This document shows positions 10,701-23,217 of a stretch of 64,000 bases of DNA, piece by piece. Positions within the stretch are counted from its first letter, which is position 1. Every line of letters starts with the position of its first letter. Origin of the DNA: Parcubacteria group bacterium (GTDB lineage: Bacteria > Patescibacteriota > Minisyncoccia > Phycocordibacterales > UBA2135); assembly GCA_016176785.1 (NCBI GenBank), contig JACOWN010000004.1, positions 12,558 to 76,557 on the forward strand. Reading direction: 5' to 3'. The notes under the pieces were generated by a model. The model saw only the letters and a list, made by a program, of their open reading frames with translations, searched no databases and was not told where the DNA came from. The position numbers and the translations under genes were made by a program.

Positions 10701-10743
10701 GGTTTAGTTTCCTGTATTCTGCAAAAAACCTCTGTTGAGCCAT
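7720..10743 (-). CDS. UvrD/PcrA-like SF1 helicase fused to a C-terminal PD-(D/E)XK nuclease
   Basis: AGPGTGKT, DEHQD, GDEKQAIFRF, NYRS, TAHKAKGLEF, ERRLFYVALTRA. C-terminal CPWKY..RGTLDKV..VVDYKTG..CADAKCPYC. Confidence 0.92.
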   Translation of the reverse strand: MAQQRFFAEYRKLNPDQKKAVDSIEGPVMVLAGPGTGKTQILTLRIANILRKTDTPPDAILALTFTESGVFSMRKRLVHIIGSGGYRVGIHTFHSFCNDVIRTYPDAFPRIIGARHMNDVERFSLLKECIASSSLSKLKPFGNAFFYLHPIAAKISELKQDNAAPPDVAETIAKQRRDFHAIPDLVYQDGVYAGRMKGVYAAQKKRIDKNEELLAVYQKYERELRERNVYDYDDMILETIQALLRNPDVLLELQETYHYFLADEHQDANRAQNRLLELLASYHASPNLFVVGDEKQAIFRFQGASLDNFLYFTKRYPDAPVITLSHNYRSTQSILDAAGSMIAKRAVPHAFANELATRLVAAGRDTGTPIEVRAFSHPEHELLFLADAVRRAVDEGVPPSEIAVLYRTNHEAEAVAHVFEKRGIPFVIESSQNILADPFIRKLIILVRAVHDFGDDRRLVDALHLDILGLEPLDIYRLISYARRRGLSLYGTLKSKRHRRAAGIEHERTVDEFYRRLASLRTLAANNGILVFLERLLEESGLLAAACAHERAAENIEKLNRFFAEMRALVETKRSATLSDCVAYLALLEEHNIFLKSAAREGGEGRVRLMTAHKAKGLEFDYVYLIHVADGIWGNRRSVTHFDIPTGTERGDSADIDDERRLFYVALTRARVGVFLSYARENERGAPALPFQCVEEIGDGHLRVIPTAPFEKTAQTEVFLHPPAARPAPAADKAFLNRLFQEQGLSVTALNNYLSCPWKYFYNNLLRIPQAPVKHLMFGTAAHAALRYFFDRWREDGDIGAEGLVTMFRDYARAQPFHESDFEDALKKGEAALRGYYEARRASWPRNIINEFKVDVLLPRDEGRTGGLRLRGTLDKVELLAGRDVNVVDYKTGAPKSRNHIEGATKTSTGDFKRQLVFYRLLLDHYDRGRFSMVSGEIDFIEPARGGKYRAERFAITGEEVRAVRSLALSAAREIEDLAFWDRACADAKCPYCALHAMTGLAPTRTR

Positions 10744-10791
10744 GGCTTTGTGCAGGAATTATAACACCAACCTTGCGAACAAACATCAAAA

Positions 10792-10833
10792 AAGGACCGT
10801 CCTTGGGGGCGGTTATCCACAGTTTTTTCCACA
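10792..10833 (-). repeat. DnaA-box-like 9-mer + AAGGACNGTCCTT composite downstream of rpoD
   Basis: AAGGACCGTCCTT 10792-10804; TTATCCACA 10813-10821; TTTTCCACA 10825-10833. Confidence 0.85.
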
Positions 10834-10851
10834 GTTAACTGCTAGCGACTG

Positions 10852-12141
10852 CTAGTAATTCTCCAGCCGCTTTGCCCGCTCGTGCTGGCGGATTTTCTCA
10901 TGCGCTTTGGCTTCAATTTGGCGAATGCGTTCACGGGTAACGCCGAACTCGCGCCCCACCTCCTCAAGCGTGTGTATGACGCCGTCGGTAAGGCCGTGGC
11001 GCATCTCCAAAATTTTCCGTTCCTTCGGCGTTAATTCCCCCAAAATCTCCTGGATCTGGTCGCGAAGGATCCGAAGCGACGCTTCTTGCGCCGGAGAAGC
11101 GATACGGTCATCCTCAATAAAATCCCCGAAAGTTGATTTCTCGTCATCGTCGCCCACCGGACTTTCAAGCGAAATGGTGTCTTGGTCAATGCTCTGGATA
11201 ATGTGTATTTTTTTCACGTCAAGGCCCATCTCCGCCGCGATCTCCTCGGGCAGCGGGTCACGCCCCAAATCCTGTGAAAGGCGGCGCACGACCTGCTTAT
11301 ATTTCGCGATGGTTTCAACCATGTGAACGGGGATGCGGATGGTGCGCGATTGGTCGGCAAGCGCGCGGGTGATCGCTTGCCTGATCCACCACGTGGCATA
11401 CGTTGAGAACTTGTAACCCTTGGTCGGGTCAAATTTTTCAATCGCTTTGAAAAGGCCGATGTTGCCCTCTTGTATGAGGTCAAGAAGCGAGAGATCCCTG
11501 CTCCGCCCGACATAGCGTTTTGCGATGGAAACAACGAGGCGGAGATTCGCCTTCGCAAGCAGGTTTTTCGCTTCTTCGTCGCCCCCCTGGATCCGGCGCG
11601 CGAGCGTTTTTTCGTCCGATGCGGTAATAAGCGGATATTTGCCGATTTCCTTCAAATACATTTGGATTGAGTCAATGGACGATTCGTCGCCTCCGCCGCG
11701 GTATCTTCCTTCAACGACCGCCTCTTTCCCATCGCCGTCAAGAAGCGTCCCGCTTTCAACAATATCAATCCCTTCGCCGCTTAACCGGTCGTAGAGGGAT
11801 TCCAAAAAAGGAATGTCGTCCTCTATTGTCGGGAATGCCTTTAAAATCTCGTCATGCGTCACAAAACGCCGGTCTTTGCCTCGGGCGACCAGCTGGTCAA
11901 CGCGATGTGTGACATCGGCTTGTTTGTGAGACGGCGCCCTCTCCCGCGGAGAATGCTTCGGCGTAGCGGCGCGTTTTGCTTTCTCCTTCCGAAGATGCGC
12001 CGCCGCGACAGTGCGGCGGGGATGCCTCGCAACCGCCGCTTTCTTCCGGCGGTGCATACGCGGCGTCCCCTTGCGAGAGCCGCTCCGCCGCGGCGGCGCG
12101 CTTTTTCTTTTTTTGTTTTTTGAGGGACGTTTGTGAGACAT
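10852..12141 (-). CDS. rpoD: primary RNA polymerase sigma factor
   Basis: [66 protein letters not shown]; follows dnaG. Confidence 0.96.
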   Translation of the reverse strand: MSHKRPSKNKKRKSAPPRRSGSRKGTPRMHRRKKAAVARHPRRTVAAAHLRKEKAKRAATPKHSPRERAPSHKQADVTHRVDQLVARGKDRRFVTHDEILKAFPTIEDDIPFLESLYDRLSGEGIDIVESGTLLDGDGKEAVVEGRYRGGGDESSIDSIQMYLKEIGKYPLITASDEKTLARRIQGGDEEAKNLLAKANLRLVVSIAKRYVGRSRDLSLLDLIQEGNIGLFKAIEKFDPTKGYKFSTYATWWIRQAITRALADQSRTIRIPVHMVETIAKYKQVVRRLSQDLGRDPLPEEIAAEMGLDVKKIHIIQSIDQDTISLESPVGDDDEKSTFGDFIEDDRIASPAQEASLRILRDQIQEILGELTPKERKILEMRHGLTDGVIHTLEEVGREFGVTRERIRQIEAKAHEKIRQHERAKRLENY

Positions 12142-12145
12142 GGCA

Positions 12146-13909
12146 CTATTTTGAAAATGCGCGCAACCGCTCCGAAAGCGCGTGCAACTCCCGCGAAACG
12201 CTTTGGCATGCGCGCAGCAACTCTTCCGTCCGTTCTTCGCTCTGCGCCCGTTCCGCCGCCTGAAGTTCTTTAAGCGTCTCCGCGAGGCGCCGCTTCAAGA
12301 CTCGTTCCTCGCCGCGGGCGCACAATTCTTCAAACTCGGCGGCGAGGCGCGGCGCTTCGGTATCAGTATAATACATTTCCGCCTCAAATAACATGCGGCC
12401 CTGCGCCGCCGTATCGTAGCGCGCGATATTTTCCGTGAACGTTTTTCCCGTAACGCGCAACAAGCGTTCGTCGGCGCTTCCGAGATCAATCGGCGGCGCA
12501 GGCATTTTTTTTGTCCACAAAAGCAAACCGAGAAGCCGGCGCAGGACCGCATCGGGAGCGGCTTCTCCCCCCGCCTTCTCGGGCGGCGCGATGCGCTTCT
12601 CTTTTGATCCGGGCAAACTCGCGCCCGCTTCCGGCGAAGGCGATGGTTTTACGCGGCGCACCGATTCCCATATCGCTTCTTCGGGAAGCGCAAGCTCCTC
12701 CGCTATGCGGCTGACAAAATGCGCCTGCTCAATGGGGCTGCCGAGGCGCGCGACGAACGGCACCACCGCCTGCTCAACGCGCGTGCGGTATGCATGCGCG
12801 TCGCCGCCGTGTTCTTCTTTGAGGATGGCGAGGTAAAACTCGATGACATGCATGGTCCGTTCCGCGATCTCGTTCCAACGTGAGGCGTCTGCCGCCGCAA
12901 CCGATGCCGGATCCTCGCCGTGAGGCAAGCGGATAAGGAGAACCGAGAAGCCGCGGGTAAGCGCGCGGCCGACGCTTCGCTCAAGCGCCGCGCGTCCCGC
13001 GGCGTCGGCGTCAAATGCGAAGATGAGGGTGTTCGCCATACGCCTGAGAAAATCCAAATGGTCATCGGAGAGCGCCGTTCCGGACGGCGCGACGGCGTAC
13101 TCAATGCCCGCCTGGTGCGACAGCACGACGTCCATCTGCCCTTCCACGACCATTGCTTTCCCGAGGCGCCGCATGTGGCTTTTGGCCTTGCTCAACCCGT
13201 AAAGAAGCTTTGACTTGTGGAACAGCGGGGTTTCGGGACTGTTGACGTATTTTGCCGTCGCCCCGTCCTCTGTCCCGAAAATACGTCCCGAAAACCCGAC
13301 AACGCGGCCGCTTGCGTCCGCAATGGGAAACATGATGCGGCTGCGAAAACGGTCATAGAGACGTCCGTCGCTGCCGCGGATTGCGCACCCGCTTTCAAAA
13401 AGGTCTGCGTCGCGGAAACCTTCGTTCCGCAAGAACGTCGTAAGCGCTTGCCACGACGCCGGCGCAAAACCGACGCGGAACGCGCGCGCGGTCTCCGGCG
13501 AAACGCTTCGCGCGGCGAGATATGCGCGCGCGTCGGCGTTGCGCGCGAGTTCATTCTCAAAAAAACGCGCGGCGGACTCAAGGACTCGAAAAAGACGCGC
13601 GCGCGCCTCATCTTCCGCCGGATGGTACGACCGAAGCGGCACCCCCGCCCGTTCGGCAAGCACTTTTAACGCGCCCGAAAAATCAAGCCCCTCCATGTCT
13701 TGAACGAACTGGAAAACATCCCCGCCGTTGTCGCACCCGAAACAATGGTACGTGTCCCGTTCCGGCGAAACAAAAAAAGAAGGGGTTTTTTCATTATGGA
13801 AAGGACACCGAGCTTTGTAATTCTTACCCGCCCGCTCGAGCTTCACGTATGAAGAGACGACATCAACGATGGAGAGGCGCTCTTTGATTTGCTCGACGGG
13901 AGAAGACAT
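12146..13909 (-). CDS. dnaG: DNA primase
   Basis: CPFH..CFGC zinc finger, [20 protein letters not shown] / FDADAAG. Confidence 0.97.
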   Translation of the reverse strand: MSSPVEQIKERLSIVDVVSSYVKLERAGKNYKARCPFHNEKTPSFFVSPERDTYHCFGCDNGGDVFQFVQDMEGLDFSGALKVLAERAGVPLRSYHPAEDEARARLFRVLESAARFFENELARNADARAYLAARSVSPETARAFRVGFAPASWQALTTFLRNEGFRDADLFESGCAIRGSDGRLYDRFRSRIMFPIADASGRVVGFSGRIFGTEDGATAKYVNSPETPLFHKSKLLYGLSKAKSHMRRLGKAMVVEGQMDVVLSHQAGIEYAVAPSGTALSDDHLDFLRRMANTLIFAFDADAAGRAALERSVGRALTRGFSVLLIRLPHGEDPASVAAADASRWNEIAERTMHVIEFYLAILKEEHGGDAHAYRTRVEQAVVPFVARLGSPIEQAHFVSRIAEELALPEEAIWESVRRVKPSPSPEAGASLPGSKEKRIAPPEKAGGEAAPDAVLRRLLGLLLWTKKMPAPPIDLGSADERLLRVTGKTFTENIARYDTAAQGRMLFEAEMYYTDTEAPRLAAEFEELCARGEERVLKRRLAETLKELQAAERAQSEERTEELLRACQSVSRELHALSERLRAFSK

Positions 13910-13997
13910 GCGAAAAGTATAACACGAACAAAAACGCGCAACCGCGCGGGACCAGACGACCCGCTTTCAGTCCCGCCGCGCCCTTTCCACCCGTCGT

Positions 13998-17678
<3,681 letters not shown>

Positions 17679-17692
17679 AAAAGCGCGCGGCG

Positions 17693-20600
17693 TTACGCGG
17701 AGGCGGGCGGTTTAGTGGTTGCTAACTCAACGTTCAGCGCGAGCGAACGCAGGTTGTGAAGCAGCACCTTGAACGATTCGGGAATGTTGACGCTCCGGAT
17801 GTCCTCGCCTTTGATGATTGAGTCAAACGCCGCGGCGCGGCCGAAGATGTCGTCTGATTTGATGGTAATCATCTCTTGCAAGATGTGGGCGGCCCCGTAT
17901 CCTTCAAGCGCCCAGACCTCCATTTCTCCGAATCGCTGGCCGCCGCTTTGCGCTTTGCCGCCGAGCGGCTGTTGGTGAATGAGCGAATACGGGCCGATGG
18001 AGCGCATGTGGATCTTGTCTTCAACCATGTGGTGCAATTTCAAAACGTACATGTAGCCGATCGCGACGTCCTGCGCGAACGATTCTCCGGTGCGTCCGTC
18101 AAAAAGCGTTACCTTGCCGCTTTCGGGGAATCCCGCGCGCGTGATCTCTTCTTTGATCTCTTGTTCCGTCGCACCCAAAAACGGCGGGGTGATCGCCTGG
18201 TAGTTGAGCGTGCGCGCGGCAAGCCCGAGATGCATTTCCAATATCTGGCCGAGGTTCATGCGCGATGGGACGCCGAGCGGCGTCAAAATGATGTCAACGG
18301 GGGTGCCGTCGGCGAGATACGGCATTTCCTCAATGGGAAGCACTTTTGAGATGACGCCTTTGTTGCCGTGGCGGCCCGCCAGCTTGTCGCCGACTGAGAT
18401 GTTCCGCAGCTGCGCGACGTCCACGTGAATGCGCTTGATGATGCCCGGCTCAAGATTGGCGCCGTGTTCGCGTGAAAATACGCGCACGCCGATGACGCGT
18501 CCTCGCTTGCCGTGTTCCAGCCGCTTTGACGTGTCTTTCACGTCGCGCGCTTTTTCACCGAAAATTGAGCGGAGCAGACGCTCTTCGGGCGTTAATTCCG
18601 CCTCGCCTTTGGGAGTAATTTTACCGACGAGAATATCATTGGGGCCGACTTCGGAACCGATCATAACGACCCCCTCTTCGTCAAGATTTTTGAGTTTTGT
18701 TTCGCCGACGTTCGGAATATCCGGGGTTGTCACTTCCGGTCCCAGTTTCGTATCGCGCACGTCAACGATGAATTCCTCAATGTGAATTGAGGTGAACACC
18801 GCATCCCGAACGAGGCGTTCGGAGATGACGATCGCGTCTTCATAATTTGCGCCGCTCCACGACAGGAAAGCGACGAGTGCGTTCTGCCCGAGCGCAAGCT
18901 CGCCGCCGACGGTTGAGGATGTGTCCGCAAGCACTTCGCCTTTTTTGACTTTGCCGCCGACCGCAACGCTCGGCCGCTGGTGGAAAACGGTAAAGTCATT
19001 GGTGCGCGCGAAATTCACCAAACGGTATTCTTTCTCCGTTCCCTTCTTGTTTTTGACGACAATTTTGCGCGCATCAACGTACGAGGCGATTCCGTCTTCC
19101 GTCGCAACGACCATGCGGCCCGAGTCAACCGCCGCGCGGCGCTCCATGCCCGTCGCCACGAGCGGCGCGTGCGGAATAATGCACGGCACCGCCTGCTTTT
19201 GCATGTTTGAACCCATGAGAGCGCGGTTCGCGTCATCGCGTTCAAGGAACGGGATGAGCGATGTCGCGACGGAAAACGGCTGCGAGGCGGCGACGTCAAT
19301 CAACTGGACGTCGCGCGGAGGGACCAGTTTGATCTCACCACCCGGGCCTGCGGCGCGCACTTCAACGAACGGATCCGTAATGGCGCCTTTCTCATTCGTT
19401 GAGGTGGCGGCGTGGGTAATGTTGTATGCCTCTTCTTCAAGGGCGTTCAAATAGACAATGTCGTTTGACACGACGCCGTTCTTGACTTTTGCGTACGGCG
19501 TTTCAACGATGCCGAAATCATTCAGCCGCGCATAGAGCGAAAGGCGGAGAATGAGGCCGATGTTTTGGCCTTCGGGCGTTTGTATGGGGCACACGCGGCC
19601 GTAGTGCGAGGGGTGAACGTCGCGGACTTCAAAGCCCGCCCGTTCGCGCGTCAGACCGCCGGGTCCGAGCGCGGAAAGCGTCCGCAGTTGTTCAAGCTCG
19701 TCCAGAATATTTTTCTGGTTCATGTGCTGGGACAACGAGTTCGTATTGAAAAATTCCTTGAGCGACGCTTGAAGCGGTCGGGGGTTCATGAGCTGCACCG
19801 GCAGCGTCGTGTCGGGATCAATGGTGGACATGCGGTCCTGGATATTCCGCTTGATGCGCGTCAAACCGACCCGCAAACGTTGCTGCAGCGTTTCGCCGAC
19901 GAGACGGACGCGGCGGACGCCGAAGTGGTCGATGTCGTCCCCTTTCGCCCCCGGTGTCGTGTTGAGCTTCACGATATGCGTAATGATGGCGACGAGATCG
20001 TTGAGCGTCACCACTTTCCCCTCTTTGGTTTTTGCGCCCTGGTGCGCGGCGGTCTCCCCGCCGAAGAGCGAATTAAAACGATACCTCCCGACGAGCGAGA
20101 GATCGTATTTCTCCGAGCTGAAGATTGAAAGAATGAAATCGCGCGCGTGTTCGGGGGTCGCCAGCGTGCCGTCGCGCAACCGGCGATATACTTCAATAAA
20201 AGATTCGCCGGCGTTTTTTGCGATGTCTTTTTCGAACGAACGGGCGATAAACCGCTCTGCGTGTTCGTTCCCTTTGAAAAGCGCCTTCAGCTCGTCGTCG
20301 CTCGCGCCGTTGCCGAAAATGCGCAAAAGCGACGAAACGGGGAACTTTCGTTTCTTGTCAATGCGCACGGCAACGGTGTCGTCCGTTTCCGTTTCAAACT
20401 CAACCCATGCGCCGCGCGCCGGTATGATTTTTGCGCCGAAAAATGCGCGGCCGCGCGCGAACTCCTCGGTAAATGTCACGCCGAATGAACGCGTGAGTTG
20501 GGAAACAATGACCCGTTCGTTGCCGTTAATGATAAACGTGCCGTGATCGGTCATGAGCGGGAAGTCTGCGAAAAAGATCTCCTGTTCTTTTTCCGTATTG

Positions 20601-20890
20601 AGGATTTTGTTCTTCAGCCGAATACGCATCCGAAGCGGCGATTCAAGCGTCAGTTTGTTTTCCTTCGCATAAAACTCATCATAGGCGGGCGGCGAGAACT
20701 CAAAACTCAAAAACTCAAGTTCAAATTTTTTTCCGGAATAATCAGAAATGGGAGAGAACTCTTTTGTGAGTTCCGCGATGCCGTTCGTCAAAAGCCATTC
20801 ATACGAAGCGCGCTGGCTTTCAACCAGGTTCGGCATTTCTATCATCGGTTTTTTATACCGAGAAAAATATTTTTTCGTTTGCGTTGCCAT
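17693..20890 (-). CDS. rpoB: RNA polymerase beta subunit
   Basis: GRVCPIQTPEG, GDKLAGRHGNKG, GGQRFGEMEVWALE. Confidence 0.99.
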   Translation of the reverse strand: MATQTKKYFSRYKKPMIEMPNLVESQRASYEWLLTNGIAELTKEFSPISDYSGKKFELEFLSFEFSPPAYDEFYAKENKLTLESPLRMRIRLKNKILNTEKEQEIFFADFPLMTDHGTFIINGNERVIVSQLTRSFGVTFTEEFARGRAFFGAKIIPARGAWVEFETETDDTVAVRIDKKRKFPVSSLLRIFGNGASDDELKALFKGNEHAERFIARSFEKDIAKNAGESFIEVYRRLRDGTLATPEHARDFILSIFSSEKYDLSLVGRYRFNSLFGGETAAHQGAKTKEGKVVTLNDLVAIITHIVKLNTTPGAKGDDIDHFGVRRVRLVGETLQQRLRVGLTRIKRNIQDRMSTIDPDTTLPVQLMNPRPLQASLKEFFNTNSLSQHMNQKNILDELEQLRTLSALGPGGLTRERAGFEVRDVHPSHYGRVCPIQTPEGQNIGLILRLSLYARLNDFGIVETPYAKVKNGVVSNDIVYLNALEEEAYNITHAATSTNEKGAITDPFVEVRAAGPGGEIKLVPPRDVQLIDVAASQPFSVATSLIPFLERDDANRALMGSNMQKQAVPCIIPHAPLVATGMERRAAVDSGRMVVATEDGIASYVDARKIVVKNKKGTEKEYRLVNFARTNDFTVFHQRPSVAVGGKVKKGEVLADTSSTVGGELALGQNALVAFLSWSGANYEDAIVISERLVRDAVFTSIHIEEFIVDVRDTKLGPEVTTPDIPNVGETKLKNLDEEGVVMIGSEVGPNDILVGKITPKGEAELTPEERLLRSIFGEKARDVKDTSKRLEHGKRGRVIGVRVFSREHGANLEPGIIKRIHVDVAQLRNISVGDKLAGRHGNKGVISKVLPIEEMPYLADGTPVDIILTPLGVPSRMNLGQILEMHLGLAARTLNYQAITPPFLGATEQEIKEEITRAGFPESGKVTLFDGRTGESFAQDVAIGYMYVLKLHHMVEDKIHMRSIGPYSLIHQQPLGGKAQSGGQRFGEMEVWALEGYGAAHILQEMITIKSDDIFGRAAAFDSIIKGEDIRSVNIPESFKVLLHNLRSLALNVELATTKPPASA

Positions 20891-20959
20891 GATGCGGGGA
20901 TGGTATTACGCGCGCGCAAAACAAGGCGGCGCATCTGCCGTTGCCTTGTTTAAATGAAA

Positions 20960-21133
20960 AAACATCAAAAAAGACCCTCGATCATACACTCTCGGGGTTT
21001 TTGCTCGTAGTAAAGGTTAGCGTGCGGTCATGAGAACCTCTAACATGGCGCAGAGCGCCATATGGGCCGCGGGACGATTACGAACGGCCCTGCACGGGGA
21101 CGCACATCCGCTACTCAATCAGACATTCAATAT
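20960..21133 (-). ncRNA. candidate structured leader/attenuator or small RNA upstream of rpoB
   Basis: Lies downstream of a consensus promoter. Contains hairpins GGGCCG..CGGCCC and AUGGCGC-UCU-GCGCCAU enclosed by CGUGC/GCACG, then a terminator-like hairpin ACCCCGAGA..UCGAGGGU plus U tract. Confidence 0.45.
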
Positions 21134-21139
21134 GGGGGA

Positions 21140-21167
21140 AGTATAGCAAGGTCTAAAAAATTGTCAA
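21140..21167 (-). promoter_or_regulatory. sigma-70 promoter for the rpoBC leader
   Basis: TTGACA-16 nt-TATACT with extended TG. Confidence 0.7.
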
Positions 21168-21350
21168 CCCTCTTTTTATTTTTAGCGGGGATACTGGCGT
21201 CCCGGCTGCCGCCAGATATGCGCTCTTTGAAGTAAAAAGGCCTTGTTTTATTGACTCATCGTGGGATTCGCCTCGTTGTTTTCGTTCCAACGCGCTATAG
21301 GTTGTCAAGAATGGTTATCCACAGGATGAGCAACGACAAGGCGTCTCTCT

Positions 21351-22058
21351 TCATGAGGGGCGTTTCCCGGCGCGCGCATGCCGCCATGCTTTGATTTTTG
21401 TGTGGTTGCCGGAACGAAGCACGGCCGGAACGCGGTACGTTTTCCCTTTCCATATGAGAACTTCGGGGCGGGTGTAGTGCGGATATTCAAGAGCGCGCAC
21501 GTCAGGCGCTTTTTTTTCATTTTTGAGGAGAAAATCCCAATGTGACTCCTCCGCAAGGGACTCGCACGCGATAACACCCGGAATGAGGCGCGAAACGGAG
21601 GAGACAACGACCATGGACGCGACATCGCCGTCGGTCGTAACATACGGGCCGATCGAGATCTCTTCGGCATGCAATGCTCGCGCGACGCGCTCGTCAATTC
21701 CCTCATAGCGGCCGCTGATGAGGATGATGCGCGCATATTTCTTCGCCCAGTCGGAAGCGGTTTTTTGAGTGAACGGTTTTCCTTTCGCGGAAAGAAGCGC
21801 GATCTTTGTTTTTGCGTCCGGTTTCTTTCCCCGAAAAATACGGCCGACGGCGCGAAGTATCGGCTCTGCTTTCATGACCATACCGGCTCCCCCGCCGTAC
21901 GGCTTGTCGTCCGTTGTCCGATGCGCATCTTCCGCAAAATCACGGGGATTATGGAACTGCACGGATATTTTTTTACGTTTCTCCGCACGTCCGATAACGG
22001 AGTGCTTGAAATACGAGAAATTTTCGGGAAAAAGTGTGACGATGTGAAAACGGATCAT
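21351..22058 (-). CDS. trmD: tRNA (guanine37-N1)-methyltransferase
   Basis: DDKPYGGGAGMVMK, GRYEGIDERV, EYPHYTRP, SGNH. Confidence 0.96.
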   Translation of the reverse strand: MIRFHIVTLFPENFSYFKHSVIGRAEKRKKISVQFHNPRDFAEDAHRTTDDKPYGGGAGMVMKAEPILRAVGRIFRGKKPDAKTKIALLSAKGKPFTQKTASDWAKKYARIILISGRYEGIDERVARALHAEEISIGPYVTTDGDVASMVVVSSVSRLIPGVIACESLAEESHWDFLLKNEKKAPDVRALEYPHYTRPEVLIWKGKTYRVPAVLRSGNHTKIKAWRHARAGKRPS

Positions 22059-22095
22059 ATGCGGTAATTGTAACAGGCGCGGACGAAGCGCGCCC

Positions 22096-22133
22096 TCAAA
22101 CGAAAACCCCGCCGCGGCGGGGTTTTCGTTTGA
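22096..22133. terminator. long perfect hairpin/terminator after khpA
   Basis: TCAAACGAAAACCCCGCC-GC-GGCGGGGTTTTCGTTTGA. Confidence 0.75.
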
Positions 22134-22147
22134 AAAGAAGGTAAAAG

Positions 22148-22456
22148 CTAGAGCTTAAGATCTTCCATCGCTTGATCAACCTCCCGCGTCGCGCTCCGGC
22201 GCAGACTTCCCGCCGGTTCATTGATCTTCAGATTGACCCGCGCGTGGTTTTTGAGACCGACAATGCGCAACAGCGTGCGGATCGCTTTTGCCGTCGCGCC
22301 GCCGCGGCCAATGATGACACTCATGTCAGGCGCCGCGACATCGAGCGTGAGAAGAACTCCCATTTCATCAACGGTTCTCGTCACCTTGACGGCATCGGGG
22401 GAATCGACCAACGACTTAACGAGATATTCCAGAAATTCCTGGTCTTTTTCTACCAT
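22148..22456 (-). CDS. khpA: KH-domain RNA-binding protein
   Basis: IIGRGGATAKAIRTLL KH GxxG motif; lies between rpsP and trmD. Confidence 0.9.
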   Translation of the reverse strand: MVEKDQEFLEYLVKSLVDSPDAVKVTRTVDEMGVLLTLDVAAPDMSVIIGRGGATAKAIRTLLRIVGLKNHARVNLKINEPAGSLRRSATREVDQAMEDLKL

Positions 22457-22561
22457 AAAACTAGAACGATCCTAAACTTGTAAAGACAGACCTGCCACGA
22501 GATCCGACGGTATTGAACCCCGCTGGTTGAAACAAATGGTACATGAAGCGACCGCTTTCTG

Positions 22562-22966
22562 TCAAGCTTTTTCTCGCGCCGCATTGTCCTCCGCACTCTG
22601 CGGAGGAAGGGGCTCGGCGGCTTTCTCTTCTTTCGGAACGGGCGCCGCGACGCTCGCGGAAGCGGTCTCTTCCGTTTTGGATTCTCCTTTCGTCTTTCTC
22701 TTCCGTGACGCAACGTCGCGTTTTACTCCCGTGATGACCCCGTGGCGTATCAAGAGGTTGTGCATCGTGTCGGATGCCTGCGCCCCTTCCTTCATGCGCG
22801 CCGCGATGCGCTCGCGCTTCAGGTCGGCGGCGTGGGTGCGCGCGTTGTACCAGCCGAGGATCTCAAGAAATTTTCCGCTGCGCGTCCCGTGACGAGAGTC
22901 GGTTAAAACCACCCGAAAGTGGGGCTGCCCTCGTTTGCCGAAGCGTTGGAGGCGGATCTTTAACAT
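22562..22966 (-). CDS. rpsP: 30S ribosomal protein S16 with C-terminal extension
   Basis: MLKIRLQRFGKRGQPHFRVV...EILGWYN...GAQASDT. Confidence 0.95.
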   Translation of the reverse strand: MLKIRLQRFGKRGQPHFRVVLTDSRHGTRSGKFLEILGWYNARTHAADLKRERIAARMKEGAQASDTMHNLLIRHGVITGVKRDVASRKRKTKGESKTEETASASVAAPVPKEEKAAEPLPPQSAEDNAAREKA

Positions 22967-23009
22967 GGTTCGTATGCTAACAAAAGCAAAGCGAAGACGC
23001 AACATCCTC

Positions 23010-23145
23010 ACAAAAAAGAAAGTGCCCCGGCAAAGATGCGGGGCAAGGGCTCCCACCGGCGCGGCGCGGGGAGGGGGGGGTTCCCAAGGGGGACTGGGAG
23101 CGCCGCGCCGGTGGAACTCGGAAACTCTCACGAAAAACTTCCTAT
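23010..23145 (-). ncRNA. candidate small RNA with long GC stem and C-rich loops
   Basis: Promoter TTGACA(23179-74)-17-TAACCT(23156-51); perfect 15-bp stem 23053-67/23100-14; terminator GCCCCG..CGGGGC plus U tract. Confidence 0.5.
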
Positions 23146-23217
23146 CCCAAAGGTTAGCGATAAAGCGAGCAAATGTCAAGAACCCTAGAAATGGCATGCG
23201 CTCCGTGGTACAACTGA

